64,000 bases of DNA. Origin: Macrostomum hystrix (lineage: Eukaryota; Animalia; Platyhelminthes). The DNA is taken from positions 20,708,001-20,772,000 of the forward strand of contig CATNEN010000039.1 in assembly GCA_950097015.1 (NCBI GenBank), written 5' to 3'. Below the pieces are notes generated by a model. It saw only the letters and a list, made by a program, of their open reading frames with translations, made no database searches and was not told the DNA's origin. Both the position numbers and the translations under genes were made by a program. Shown here one piece after another: positions 24,801-37,163 of the stretch (within the stretch, counting starts at the first letter, position 1; each line of letters begins with the position of its first letter).

Positions 24801-27800
24801 GCTTGTCGGTGGTTGGTTTTGTTGGTTTTGTAACCATGGATGCCAGTCTCTTCCTTCTGGCATCACTGTGGTATCACTGCAGGCTTCTGTGTGGGCAGAT
24901 TGTTGCTCGCCTTAACCGCCTGAAGGACGGTGGGTAGCAGTTGTGGTTTCTGCAAGGCTGTTGGCATGGCAGGCGCAGCACGCACCTCCGGCCCATCTCG
25001 TTTGGTTGGTTTTCTTGCTGTGCCTAAGGGCTTAGGTCGAGTTTGCTGTTTCTCAGGTGCCTCATTTTCCGATCCTTTCTCCCAAACTTTGGCGACGTTA
25101 TCATTATCATATCACTAATACCTAATATAATATCACTAATATCGTAGGATACATTTCGTGATATAATTCGTTGACAAAATTTATTTACATCAAAAGGTTT
25201 TAAAACAATACAAATAAAATTCTATCTGTCTCACTTTCTAAAAATTATATGCTTTTGCTATTTTTTCAAATAGGAAAAATGTTTTTCATCTAGAACCAAA
25301 CAATGATTTTCATATATCTTCAAACTGAACAGAGAATTTGATGTTCGGTTTTACAATTTGAGTGAGTGGTTTAATCTTATTTTAAGGAGTGAACTATCAT
25401 GAATTATGTCATTTGAAAGCATTTTCATGCTCTATAAATAACTACATTTATGGTCATTTAATTTTAAAGCAACCACATACAATCTTAGTCTAAAGTACAT
25501 GCTGATAAAATGTTGTTAAAGTATGCTTTTGTGATAAAAATTTCTACTGAAATGTCCATATCTTTCCTTCCTTTTAATGCTTCATTGCATGTCATGCCTC
25601 AGCTTATAGATAATTTCTTTGACTTTGAAGTGTTACAATTTAATCTATGCTATTTTTATATCTGTGCGCTTACAGAGACTAGGGAATATGCAGCTTTTCC
25701 TCCTGCGCGAGGATGCGTTTGCAGGAGCTCTATGATTAGCCTAGAGACTCCTGCCCTATGGCAGCCTTTGGCCAGATGAGTATAAAAGCACTTACACTGA
25801 GAGAAAGTAGCCCGACCATCCCGTCTGCCCGACCGTCCCGCCCGCCCGTTCCTTCTTCTCTTGCAATACTATTCAATCTCCTAGCTAGATCCGATATCTC
25901 TTAGTCGCTAGCCATTGCTATCCCTGGCTAGCTCCTATAAGATCCAGATAATTAAAAATACTGCATTGAAATTGGAATTGTGATTCCTGGAAACTCCACC
26001 CAGATTTTATCTTGAACCCTTTTCCATATCTTGGTTACCGACCATACATGCGCAACACCCGGCAGACCCGGCCGAACCGGCCAGGTGAAACGAGGGCCAA
26101 GCAAGGTAAGTCGCAAAAACCAATCGACCAAGCGCAAAAAAATCAAAGGGGGGACCAAGGGACAAAAAAGGAAGGCGTGAAGAAAAGGAAAAAGGGGAGA
26201 GAAAAAGAGCAAATGAGAGCAAACTAAGTCGTAATTAGAGCAATGAAACGAACTAAGTCGCAAATGAGAGCAAAAACTAAGTCGCACGGCCGGCTAAGAT
26301 TTGGGAGGTTGCGCATATATGTTACAGACTCAGGATCCGTGAGTAACAATCAAATACTTGTGCTTGGGAATTACCTTCTCTCAGTGATTGTATTAATTTT
26401 AGTAATTTATAGTGAGTTGTCATCTTTTAATTGTTTGCCTTAAGACCATCAAAATATAATCCAATTCAGAGTATAAGACCGAAAGTGAGTGCAACATTAG
26501 GAAAAGATAGTCGATTTCCTACGCCTCCTCATTTCTTAGAAATAGCCGTGTACAATTGGCTTTTGTCAAAGACAACTAGTAAAGATAATAAGAATACTCA
26601 TTAAGCTAGACATTGATAGACCAGAGGCAAATCTAAGATATTTCACTGGTTCCCTGACTGGGAGTCGATGTTTAAATTAGAATTTAAATTAGTTTTAAAT
26701 TAGTTGTTCTGTGAAACACAATAGCTTGTTTCTGTCTTACATGAGACCAAGGAAGGAGTTAAAATTCTTGTTCGGTTTTGAAGATACACTGTTCGGTTCG
26801 GTTGATGATACATTACCCTACAGTACAAACAGAACAGTCTCTTGAAGTTTGTGAATTGTGACCAATTATAAACAAACACAAAATGCCAAATGGTCAGGAA
26901 ATCAAGGGTGATGAATGAAAAATTGCTAGTATAGTATTTGTCATGCTATCTCAGCCTAGAGACATCCAAACTCAGCCAGTCCCATTCCGCAATGCGTTTT
27001 TTTGGCTCGAGCTAGTCAACTTTTACCATAGACATGCTTCTTAAGGCCATGCTATCTCAGCCTGGGACATGCAATCTCAGCCAATATAGATTTCAATTGC
27101 AAACAGATCTCAATGCTATCATTTCTGTAACGTGACATGAAATGGCAACAAACAGCAATGAATGAACGCAACAAGAAAAGTCAGTAAGGGTACGCAACAA
27201 CGGACAAAGTCAGTAAGACGCTCAGTGCTCAGCCTAGTTGAAAGGCTGCTCTGCGATACACTGCGGGAAGTTCCGATTGCAGTGAATCTCCCATCTGGCC
27301 ACCTTTAGCGGCGTCACAGCATCTAGCGCGACTCGGCCCACTCGCTCCAAGAGAATGAGGCGCCAAGCTTCGCAGGTGACCCCATCGGGTCGGCCACCAG
27401 CCTCTTCCTCCACCAGTGCAGGGTCAGCTAGCTGCAGCTTGATCGAGGCCTTCACTGCGCTGTGGGCCATTTCGCAGGGGTTTAGAAAAGGTGAGTAGGC
27501 GGGCAACAGATGAAGCTCAAACTGGTGGCGATGCTGCTCCGGCACTGCCACACCACGGTGAAAGGTGGGGCCATCGCAGACAATGACGACTCTGGCATTG
27601 CCGATCTGCGGGACAACTTGTTCAACAAGGTCGTTGACGAAGTGCTGAAATCTCTCCTTCGTCTGGCCTCCCCTGAAAAACTCGCTCTTCACCAGCCCCA
27701 AAGCGGAAGACACGGCCAGGCAGATCGAGAGATTTGGACCCCTCTGGGTCGGGCATCGGCGCCTCACTGGCTGACCCCGTCGTGACCACCCTTGCGATCT

Positions 27801-30800
27801 GTGAGTCCACAGGTTGTAACCCGTTTCGTCGATGTAGACGACCACCGTGTCCTGTTGCAGTTCGGTCATGAGCAGCGCGTACTCGCGTCTCTTCTCGATC
27901 ACCCCCTGCGAGTTTGCGCTCAGTCGGATGTCAGTGTTCTTGGTAGCGATCTTGAACGTGTACAAAGCCCCTTCCAAGGCTCTGGCCAGTGTCTTGATGG
28001 TGACAGGCGGCTTGTTGGGAAGCTGGGCACTCAGCTTCGTGCGCAATGCTTTCAGCGTCGCCAGGGGGTTCGCATCCACGAAAGCAATAAGCGCCTGGCG
28101 CATCTCCTCATCGAACTTGCATGAGCCAATCTTTCTTCCCCCTCGCGGGAGGGCATCCACCCGGCCCGTTGCTTCATAAATCCTGACGATATGCCGAGCT
28201 GTCTTCATATTCATGCGAAGAACTTTGGCGGCCACACGTAGGTCCTGACCTTCCGTCCACGCAGCAATCAGTCGTCTTCTGTCTTCGTCGCTTGTTGTTC
28301 TCATTCTGTTTCATTTGCTTCAATCACAGACTAAGCCACAGACAGCTTGACATAGCATCGGAAAAGTGGCTGAGATTGCATGTCCCAGGCTGAGATAGCA
28401 TGGCCTTAAGAAGCATGTCTATGGTAAAAGTCGACTGGCTTACGTAAAAAATCGCACTGTCGAGATGGGCTGGCTGAGTTTGGATGTCTCTAGGCTGAGA
28501 TAGCATGACAAATACTATAATTTAATCAGTGTGTTAATTTATTTAAACAAATGGAAAAGGTGCAACTTCAAATTGGTTACTTCTATTTAACAATTGCAAC
28601 TGTACAAAGCAAAAAAATAACTTGTTATAGTTGTCAACAGGGGTATGATTATTTATTTTTTTAGATCTGTGCTCTATGTCCCGTATCCCAGAGGGGGGCA
28701 TACAATTACTAGTTAGAAAGAAAACATAAAATTTGATTCGCTGTCAGTTACCAGTTTACATTCATTAAGGCAAATGAATGTAAACTGCTTCTACAGGCAA
28801 ATAGGCAAATAAAAATCAAAATGCTGCAAATTTGGGCAACTTCACTGCTTTTTGAGATTACAAGGTTGAGGCAGTGTGCAGCACAGTAGATATAGATTGC
28901 GGATGGGTACTTCTGCCATATTACAGCCTAGGCACCTCGGAATTTTCCGCTCATTGCACTTGCACCATCGAAGCCAAGCCCAACTAGCTTACATTCCAGA
29001 TCAATCTGTAGACACGCCATCTCACTCAGAATCTGGTTGCTGAGTCCCTCGCCAGTCAGATCTTCTGCATAAGAGAATCCTAAAAATCCTCATATATTGC
29101 TCCTTCGTTAATGTAGCGCATGCAAATCGTCATCTGCTCCTGTCGGGAAGAGTCAGTTGTCTCGTCAGCAAGTATCGACAGAAACTTTGATTTGCTTATT
29201 TGCATTCAAAGCTGATCAAGGATGACTTCACCTAGACACTCAGGTGAAGTCATCAGCTTTGAATCAGCCAGCTGGTGTACTTGGCATTTGCAGGCCAATG
29301 GCATAGATGGTCTTCCAGGTCTTTGTCACCGGCATCGACAAATTAACATAGCAGCTCACGAAACACACCATCATTGTGATCCTGGGGTTCCAAAATTTGA
29401 CCGCTGTCACAATGGCCATGAAGAACGAGTCCACTTTTTCCACACACCAGAATTGCTGAAATAGGATTTATATTTATATGAGTGGATGAATGAATCCCAT
29501 GTCTCTAAAGTTCACTAGTTTGTTCTGAGAAAGTAAATTAAATTAAATGTTACTTAAACTTACCACGAATGATGGAGCTTAGAACCTTCCCTTTCTTGCT
29601 TAGAGTATCAGCCTTTTGCAGAGCCAGCTGAGCATCAATGTGATCTTCTGGCAGCAATTGCTTAAACTGGCTGGCCATGAGACTATTCTTCTTGTGATAC
29701 TGCGTTTTTTCATGCGCCGTGACATAGCCATCAACACCATAGAGTTGTGAATACTGCCGCAACAGCTCATTGACAAGCTTTCCAAGTGCTTGGCCCTGAA
29801 GAAATGTAAAACAGATTGAAATCATATACATTTCCCAAAAGCATCTGAATTGGGATTAATGGTAGAGCTTGCTGCTGTTGCTTATGTAACTAAAAGACAT
29901 AAGCACAAAAAGACAAAAGCAGATTTTAAGTTGGATTAAATTGAACTTGAACTCATTGAATAACGTGTCAATGAAGCAGATTGCAGAACAGATAATACAA
30001 TGTAATAACCCAATCCAATCTAATCAATCATAGAGGCTAGAGGGATACTGATTTTTTACAATCAAAGTGAATGCTCAACCCCACGGTCCTACCAGTCTGT
30101 TGGACTCTGTCACCCTGGCCTCCCCTCCCCTCTTAAGTCCCACTTGCATACCTTGAAATTAGAGCTCTCATATAAGCCGAAGATGACGCAAATACGGCAG
30201 AAAAGTCCATTCCTTGCATGAGAGAATGTCAGCCATGGAGTTCTCTGTAGATGGTAAAGCTGCAAGTAACATTTCTCAACTTCACCCTTGGACATTCGCT
30301 CCTCGTATGGCATTTGGTAGGTTGGAGGAGGCGTCCAAGAATTGGTGAGAAATTGCAGTTTCGTGGCTGAATCAGCAGGGTTAGAGAAGAATCCAATGTC
30401 AAGCCTGAATAAAGAGAAAAACAGTTTAAGCTGATTAGGTAAATACCTTGAATTAGTTAATGTATCATGTTGATGTCATGCATTGACATTGTCATCTGCA
30501 AAAGCAAATTCTGCAATACATTGTAACATTTCTCTGTTTGTATAGCAGTCCTGAAGTAAAATATGCCAATTTCTGATTGCTTACTTTGAAAGAGCTGGAG
30601 CACTTGTTGATTCTACTGATGAATCCGTTGGCATAGGCTTTGAACTTGGCCTGGCATCTGCACCATCCAGAGCAGACTCGTTCAGACCAGCTCTAGCAGG
30701 ATCAGGATTTAAACCTGATTTAGCTGCTGCAGCTGCAGTAGTGGCCACGGGGTCAGCAGAAGCACTGATGGGTCCAGGTGAATTGTGGCCAAAAAAGGAT

Positions 30801-33800
30801 GTTAGGAGCCGCTGACACTTCTTTGGTGGTGGACCAACTCGTGCTGGTCCTCGATCTGGGTCAGGGTCACATAGGCATTCAGGCACAAGTGGCACAAAAT
30901 CATGTGTTGGAGCAGGAACAGGAAGTGAGGCCAAGGCCGACGCCGATTGCACTTCATCATCATCCAGTAGTGGTGCTGCTGATGAAGCTGAATCACATGT
31001 TTTTGCAGAAACAGGAATTGCAGCAGCAGCTCAAACTTGAAGCGACACCAACTCTGACTGGGGGGACTGCGAGTCCTGGTCCCGATTATCTTTACTGTTC
31101 ATAGATCTAGTCTAAATCTAGACTAGATCTCTCCTGCTTTGCAGCTTTTTTGTGTGTTGATTTAATTACTTAATTGACTGAAATCTTAATAAGTCAAGTC
31201 CACAGATAATATATAACTAGATTGGTCACTCTCCATCTCGCTGTGGGTGCAAAATGGATACTACTCTTAGGACGGTAGTGTAAATGCAAATTACAACAAA
31301 AAATATCAGACTAAATATCAGTGGCTATTTCAGCCACGTCAGCTTCATTCTATGGCACTTGCCACGTCATATTAAACATCTCTGTGGACGCTCATGCATA
31401 TCTTCTGCATAGTTTCTTGCTATCAAAATACTATTTTACAAAATTTTCTAACTTGATTATATTTTTTGGCTATTTTTACTACTGATGGCAGAGAAAATTA
31501 ACTGAGTGACCAATCTAGTTATATATTATCTGTGGTCAAGTCAACAGAAAATTGCCGTTAGAACAGTTAATATCCAAGTATTCCTAATGTTAAAAACTCT
31601 GCTCTGCTCTTATACCAGTAGGCAATAACAACAGTAGAAATAACAGTCAGAAATTGAACTTGTACTGTACATCATCGATCCTCTTTACATGTACATCTTT
31701 CTTTGGGAAGGGTGAGGTGGGGACGGGGTGGGGAAGGCAGGCACCAGTGTAGAGGCACCAAGACTAGGCCCACCTCAGGCTCAGCCACACATTTCCTTTC
31801 CCTTGGACCATGTCCATCACCACTCTTCCTTGCCTCCTTCCCTTGTCTAATGTCCAATACTACACATTTCGATTAAAACACAACACTGAAGACTCAATAA
31901 CAACAACTGTACATTTGGGCCTTGGCATGGTTGGCTTGGGTTGGGGGGCTAGCTTGTTTAGGATAGGATAGGAAGGGAAGGGAAGAGGGTCAGACTGCCA
32001 ACAGCAAAAGGGCCAATAGGCATGATAGTGATAGGGAGGAAGGCGGTTTAGCTTAAGCTTACAAAACTGCAGTCTGCTGTGCCCAGCTGGGGCTGCCTGC
32101 CTGCCAAGTGACATATTTGGTTACTTAACTCCAGTAGGCTTTCCTTCTAAATCTAAAAGGATTTTAGATTTTCCTCGATATCTTCAATGAACAAAAATCA
32201 TGTCTTATTCTGTTTGGTCAGATGGTCACCCGTAAGGGGGGTGGCCACCCCCCACCCCCCTAGTTGCGCGAGTGTGCGCCATTGATTCTATACCATGGCA
32301 GCCATGGAAGTATTGGTTAGCTATTTTATTAGCTTGTAGTACAAGCAATGATATTTATAACATTTTTAACCCTGTATTATTACAGATGTAGATCAATATT
32401 AATATTTGTTATTGATTCTATTTCTCAGACCATTTAATTTGTAAACTTTTTGTCAACTCAAAATCAAGCCAAGGTTGTAGCAGCTAATCATATACTTGCA
32501 GTTTAGTTGCTTGCTTTGTCAACTAGCCAATGCCAACTAGGAGACCCAAAAAGCTGGTCACTGTATCAACTATGTGTTCTATGCATAATTTTTTATTCTC
32601 AATAATATTCTTACAGTGTCATCAAAGTTGTGCTAGAGCTTCTCTCTTTAATTATCTCTCTAAGGATATGATGTCACCTAAGTAGTTACATAGATATTAT
32701 AATATAATGTCTTAGTAATTACAATATTAATATCAGCAATGTTGTTGTAGGCCTTTCTTAGAATTAGTTTCTGAGAATTAAATATTAAAATGATTTTTCT
32801 GTGTAGCATATTTAGTAAGTCTACTAAGTAGTGCATTTAGTTATTCTGGCCACTGCTTTATTGCATGTATTGTATTTCTAAGTATAGGCCTCCTGAAGAG
32901 CATTACCAATGATCTCAAGTGTACAGTAATACTTTCTACTTCTCTCTTGAATTCTCTTAGTATTTGTCTCTGCATATTTATGAAGAATAAAAGAACACTT
33001 CTGAGTATTGTATTCAAACTTCATATTAAACCACAAGTTGGTTTTCCTCCTTCTAATGTAACAGTTCAATATTTTTGCGCTATATATTTTATATGCCATA
33101 AACTATAAATTTTTTTTATATTATAGGAAAATACTGTATTAAAACAAATTTTTAGAACACTATATAAATGAGGAAAATCTTGCTGTTAGAAATATACCTC
33201 GCCAGTGAGCCAAAGAAAGGCAATAACTGAGTACCACCTTTTGAATAAGTGAAATTGTTGTGTCATTCAATATATTAAGAAGATATTGTCCAGTGTGGAG
33301 ATAAGACAGAGGTTGAGGCTGTGACCCTCTAATCCTGGAGAAACGCCCAGCTGAGACTGGAGAATAAGAGACCTAGTGCCTTAGAAGGATAAACCGCTCG
33401 TGCCAGTGCAAAAGCGCTACCTTAAGGGAAGCTCACAATGTAAGAGTTGTGGAGTTAAAACGGCCCTTTTCAGGGTCACCAAGATAAGATTTAAAGTAGA
33501 ATACAAAGCGTTAGAGAGAGAAATAAGTAACAAAGGAGGCCAGAAGAATACGCTACCAAGAGAGAGAAAAGTAGAGTGATAAGCCCTGTTACATTAACGT
33601 CTCAGTATTTCTAATTTTTTTGTGAAGATAGCTGACAATTCATATAAAAAAATATCAGTAAAACAATTGTTTTGAATTTTAACAAAGTATTGTTACGCAT
33701 TTAAAAGATAATATATATTCAAAATATTACTTCCTTTGCACTGTATTTGCAAAGTGAATTGTAGAACTTGTTTAAGCATTTGACATTTTTAGTATCTATG

Positions 33801-35210
33801 AAAACCCAATAAAGTTCGAACTGTATTTTTACATTTGCACTGCTAATATCTGCTCATATATATAGTTTTTTCTTTAACAGTAGGACTACCAAGCCATTTT
33901 GTCACCCGTTTTTATACCCTTGAAAGTTTTTGGTACTGCCTGAATGCTAACAGCATTGGGTGGTGACTGATTGGTTGACAAACTAAACAATGGTGTAATA
34001 TGGTTGAGCTGCACCTATTTATATTTTTTCAAGTCTATTATTTCAAGGCTTAATATGGAGAAATTCGTGTCAGGGTGTCCATAGGGTGGCCTAGTTCTAC
34101 CTGATGTAGCCCTCGAAGGTCCAGAAAATCTGTCTAGATAAAGTTAGGGGACAACCAAAGACAGAGATGGTGCAGGCACATTTTAGTGGCATGCTCATAA
34201 ATTTTAAAGCCCTGGCAAGTGTATGGGGGTGGGTGTATGAAATACACTAGTATAGCACTTATGGGAAGCATCTGACCTTTGGCCAGCACTTTAGTTACTT
34301 CATAAACATTTTACAAAGTACACATATTTAGCTTGTAAGCTCACAGTAAAATATTCAATCTATTTATCCAGGGCTCGCCAAATGAGCAGGAGAAGCGCCT
34401 ATTAAACAGCGCCACACTCTACATTGGCAATCTGGCGTTTTACACCCGCGAAGAACAAATCCACGAATTATTTAGTAGGGCCGGCGATGTCAAGCGCATT
34501 GTGATGGGCTTGGACAAGGTGAAACGAACGCCGTGCGGCTTCTGCTTTGTGGAATTCTACACTCGCTACGATGCCGAGAACGCCATGCGCTATGTGAATG
34601 GTACTAGGCTAGACGATCGGGTCATCAGAACTGACTGGGATGTTGGCTTTCAGGTGAGCGATTTGAAAATACTGTTTTAGCTAGATCATTTTTATTGCTA
34701 ATATTATGATTTATAATGCCAATTTGGGTTTCTAATTTAACCAGCCTAATGGGCATTTTATAATTTAGGGTTTAAAAAAAATCGACAACACAGCCGCAGC
34801 CCATTGTCCATTTAACAGCTGATGTGAAATAAAGCTGAATGCAGAGTAATGTGTCTTGCTAAAGTATAGTGTAGTCGAGAATCGAACCCCCGACCTTCAA
34901 GTCATGAGTCCGACGCTGTAGCCAATAAGCTACAATACCTTCATCGTGACTTTTTCTCCAGTAATCTAGTTAAAGATTTGTAGTTTCCCATTCTCCCCAA
35001 CCGCCATCTGTGCAGGAAGGACGCCAGTATGGTCGCGGCAAGAGCGGCGGCCAGGTGAGAGACGAGTATCGGGTTGATTATGATCCTGGCCGCGGCGGAT
35101 ACGGCAAGATTATCATGCAGAAGATGGGCCAGGATGATCGGATGTTCACCGACCCTGCGGTAGTTAAACCTCCCGCCGCCGCCGCAGCTGCTACCGCTAC
35201 TGCCCAATAA
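21882..35210 (+). CDS. NCBP2: Nuclear cap-binding protein subunit 2 (CBP20), 182 aa, 3 exons
   Basis: Exons 21882-21953 (…[10 protein letters not shown]), 34372-34653 ([21 protein letters not shown]…[10 protein letters not shown]…IRTDWDVGF) and 35016-35210 ([19 protein letters not shown]). All phase 0, GT-AG. Intron 1 is 12.4 kb. Confidence 0.95.
22922..23536. mobile_element. MITE copy B (intact, same family as copy A, opposite orientation)
   Basis: TIRs tagggtaatgtatcatcaacc / ggttgatgatacattacccta; lies inside the 5' LTR. Confidence 0.9.
24072..24322. mobile_element. Purine-rich MITE family C, 5'-truncated copy
   Basis: About 250 bp closely similar to 26071-26321. Confidence 0.75.
25631..26348. 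mobile_element. Putative LTR (TGTTAC...GTAACA) interrupted by MITE C
   Basis: Begins exactly where MITE A is broken; 6-bp terminal inverted repeat; TATA-like gtataaaag. No TSD found. Confidence 0.45.
26043..26321. mobile_element. Purine-rich MITE family C, complete copy
   Basis: Imperfect TIRs catacatgcgcaac / gttgcgcatatatg; second copy at 24072. Confidence 0.75.
26932..28517 (-). mobile_element. Intact Tc1/mariner-IS630 superfamily transposon with ~150-bp IR/DR-type TIRs
   Basis: TA on both sides (26930-31, 28518-19); long TIRs each holding two ~36-bp direct repeats; uninterrupted transposase ORF. Confidence 0.95.
27234..28304 (-). CDS. IS630/Tc1-like transposase (HTH + DDE_3), 356 aa, DD33E spacing
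   Basis: [27 protein letters not shown]; [11 protein letters not shown] linker; 33 residues counted between the second D and E. Confidence 0.93.
   Translation of the reverse strand: MRTTSDEDRRRLIAAWTEGQDLRVAAKVLRMNMKTARHIVRIYEATGRVDALPRGGRKIGSCKFDEEMRQALIAFVDANPLATLKALRTKLSAQLPNKPPVTIKTLARALEGALYTFKIATKNTDIRLSANSQGVIEKRREYALLMTELQQDTVVVYIDETGYNLWTHRSQGWSRRGQPVRRRCPTQRGPNLSICLAVSSALGLVKSEFFRGGQTKERFQHFVNDLVEQVVPQIGNARVVIVCDGPTFHRGVAVPEQHRHQFELHLLPAYSPFLNPCEMAHSAVKASIKLQLADPALVEEEAGGRPDGVTCEAWRLILLERVGRVALDAVTPLKVARWEIHCNRNFPQCIAEQPFN
28820..31102 (-). pseudogene. Spliced hAT transposase remnant (TTF-type zinc finger + DUF4371-like region)
   Basis: Minus-strand pieces read [51 protein letters not shown] and [17 protein letters not shown]…[13 protein letters not shown]. 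In-frame stops; C-terminus missing. Confidence 0.88.
31201..31534. mobile_element. MITE with 31-bp perfect TIR (CACAGATA termini, 8-bp TSD)
   Basis: cacagataatatataactagattggtcactc and its exact reverse complement; TSD gtcaagtc on both sides. Confidence 0.93.
34785..34940 (-). mobile_element. SINE family 1, degraded copy in NCBP2 intron 2
   Basis: Reverse-complement match to the tRNA-like head and CORE-like part of 3995-4304. Confidence 0.78.
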
Positions 35211-35714
35211 ATATCTATAAACTGTTTATCGCGTCCCATTTTCTGCCGGTTTCTAACAGGAAAATCCCAACAAAAATGCTACTCATACTACTGACTGATT
35301 GTCTAAATAGCTTGACGGCACGATTTTCTATAAACAAGTTAGTCAGTATCATTATTATTGCTTAATCGTAAGTTACCCAGCGTTGTCTATTTGTACAGCT
35401 TTGTGTTGTTGTCGCCCGTTTGTACTTTATTAAAAGCGATTTAATAAATATTCTGCTTGTATTTTGCCGATTTGCTAGGGAAAGCGGACAAGCAGTGGCA
35501 TTTTTCAATTGAAAGCGCGAGTGTACTGCGAGTCAGCTTTTGTGTACGTTATTTTATTTAGCATCCGATGGCTACAAGGACTGACAAAAATGTTACTTCT
35601 AACTTACGTCTGCTGGATTACAAGCTTGGGTGTCCAGGCCTACCAGTCCGAGGACTGAACAGTAGTGTACATCTGGTTGCACTTATTATCACAGTCCTTT
35701 AGTCCTCTTGTCAG

Positions 35715-35915
35715 TCTGTTATCCCAGTACTGTCAGTATTTTATCCCAGTCCTAGCAGACTGTTATCCCAGTCCTGTCTGCTTGTTATCCCAGTCCTGTC
35801 TGCTTGTTATCCCAGTCCTGTCTGCTTGTTATCCCAGACCTGTCGGTCTGTTATCCCAGTCCTGTCTGCTTGTTATCCCAGTCCTGGCAGTTTGTTATCC
35901 CAGTCCTGGCAGTTT
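35715..35915. repeat. 22-bp minisatellite (TTATCCCAGTCCTGTCTGCTTG)
   Basis: About 9 copies, apparently inside the left TIR of the mariner element. Confidence 0.9.
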
Positions 35916-36066
35916 GTTAGGATTCTCTGCTAAGCTTTGCCATAGACGGATTGACATAGACAATCTTTTGCGTAAGAAAAATTACAGAGCATGCATCCAC
36001 TATGAGACTGATCTAACGTTGAAATTTCCCATGGACCATAGCAGCTGCATAGTTCAGAAACCGTCA

Positions 36067-37163
36067 ATGGCTTGCAAGTTTGAAGAAGAAACTCGTCTTC
36101 GGATCATCCAGTGATATTACCGAAATGGAGAGAGCGTCACAGCTGCTTCGAGACAGTTAACACTTGGCGAAATGCTCAACCAAACGCTGCGGCCATTCCT
36201 CTTTGCACAAAGAAGAATGTTCATCAACTGGTGCAAAAGTTTCTGACAAAAAAGAACTTACAGTTGTCACATAAAGGACACAGTGGCAGACCTCGCAGTG
36301 GACAGAAGAGCGCGTTTTTGACGTGATGAGAGAGAAAATCTCTGAGACAAGTTTCACGAGACATCGAAATGTCAACTTCGATGTGCAGCGAATCGCGAGA
36401 CAGGATCTTCACCTGCATGCATATCGTGCAGAGAAGAAGCACGGACTGCTACCAAGCGACTTTGTGCAGCGAGCAGAACTGTGTCATCTAATGCTGAACA
36501 CTCTTGAGAACACCAATCAGCCAATTGTGTTTGTTGACGAAGCCACATTTCGAACAGACGGCACGGTCAATCTCACGAATGACCAGTTCTGGTTCACACG
36601 TGGCACAGCCCCGAATATCCCGCCAGCCGAAGCACGTCAAAATGCGCAAAGAGCAACAGTATTGGCTGCAGTGTCACGAGACTGACTTGGGGGGCCCTAA
36701 GCCCCCCAAGCCCCCCAACTACTTTTTCCCCGGAACTGTCAACTCTAAGGCTTATCAGGATGCATTGGAGCTTTTTCTGATTCCGGATCTTCATTCGGCT
36801 GGCATCCGAAACGTTTGGTTTGTGCAAGATGGTGCTACTGCGCACACTTCCGTCTCGACTCGCCAGTTTCTTAGTGACGCTTTCGGTGCCGATAGAGTGA
36901 TTAGCAAGTTTTTTAACACACCTTGGCCAGCAAGGTCACCTGATTTGAATCCGGTCGACTACTTTCTTTGGGGCTTTGCTCGTGAGCTCGTCTACGCCCA
37001 GGGAGGCTTTTTGAATTTACATCATCTGAACGCATCCATTGTTCGAGCTTTTGATTGGATTCGGCAGAACCGGATGGATGCTGTCCGCAATGCCGCCGAT
37101 GGCTTCTTTGGTCGGCTCCGTGAGTGCATTGAAAATGATGGGTATCATTTGAGGCACAGATAA
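36067..37163 (+). pseudogene. DD41D-like (here D-42-D) transposase pseudogene
   Basis: MACKFEEETRLRIIQ*YYRNGES, HSGRPRS, IVFVDEATF, WFVQDGATAH, WPARSPDLNPVDYFLWG; early stop and several frameshifts. Confidence 0.92.

Larger units (their letters stand above)
22570..25233 (+). mobile_element. Internally deleted LTR retrotransposon (Gypsy-like)
   Basis: TG...CA ends with 4-bp TSD cttt (22566-22569 and 25234-25237). 5' LTR 22570-23929 is followed by ac-TGG (PBS-like). The last ~88 bp of the LTR recur at 25146-25233. Confidence 0.75.
22445..26820. mobile_element. ~600-bp MITE copy A, split into three pieces (22445-22569, 25234-25630, ~26695-26820)
   Basis: TIR tagggtaatgtatcatcaacc at both ends; the three pieces align in order to the reverse complement of intact copy B. 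Confidence 0.85.
22358..32274 (-). mobile_element. Decayed hAT DNA transposon (Tip100/ZMYM-like) hosting nested insertions
   Basis: Imperfect TIRs cagtggcacaaccagg / cctagttgcgcgagtg (12/16 match); 8-bp TSD tgccccat / tgcgccat (7/8); internal hAT transposase remnants. Confidence 0.72.

Noticed and set aside
27234-28304. Fanzor/TnpB cargo or bacterial IS630 contamination
   Set aside because: The element has room only for the transposase, no RuvC ORF is present, and it is embedded in a spliceosomal intron with TA flanks.
33260-33592. Possible solo LTR ending TGTTACA
   Set aside because: Neither the other end nor a TSD could be identified.
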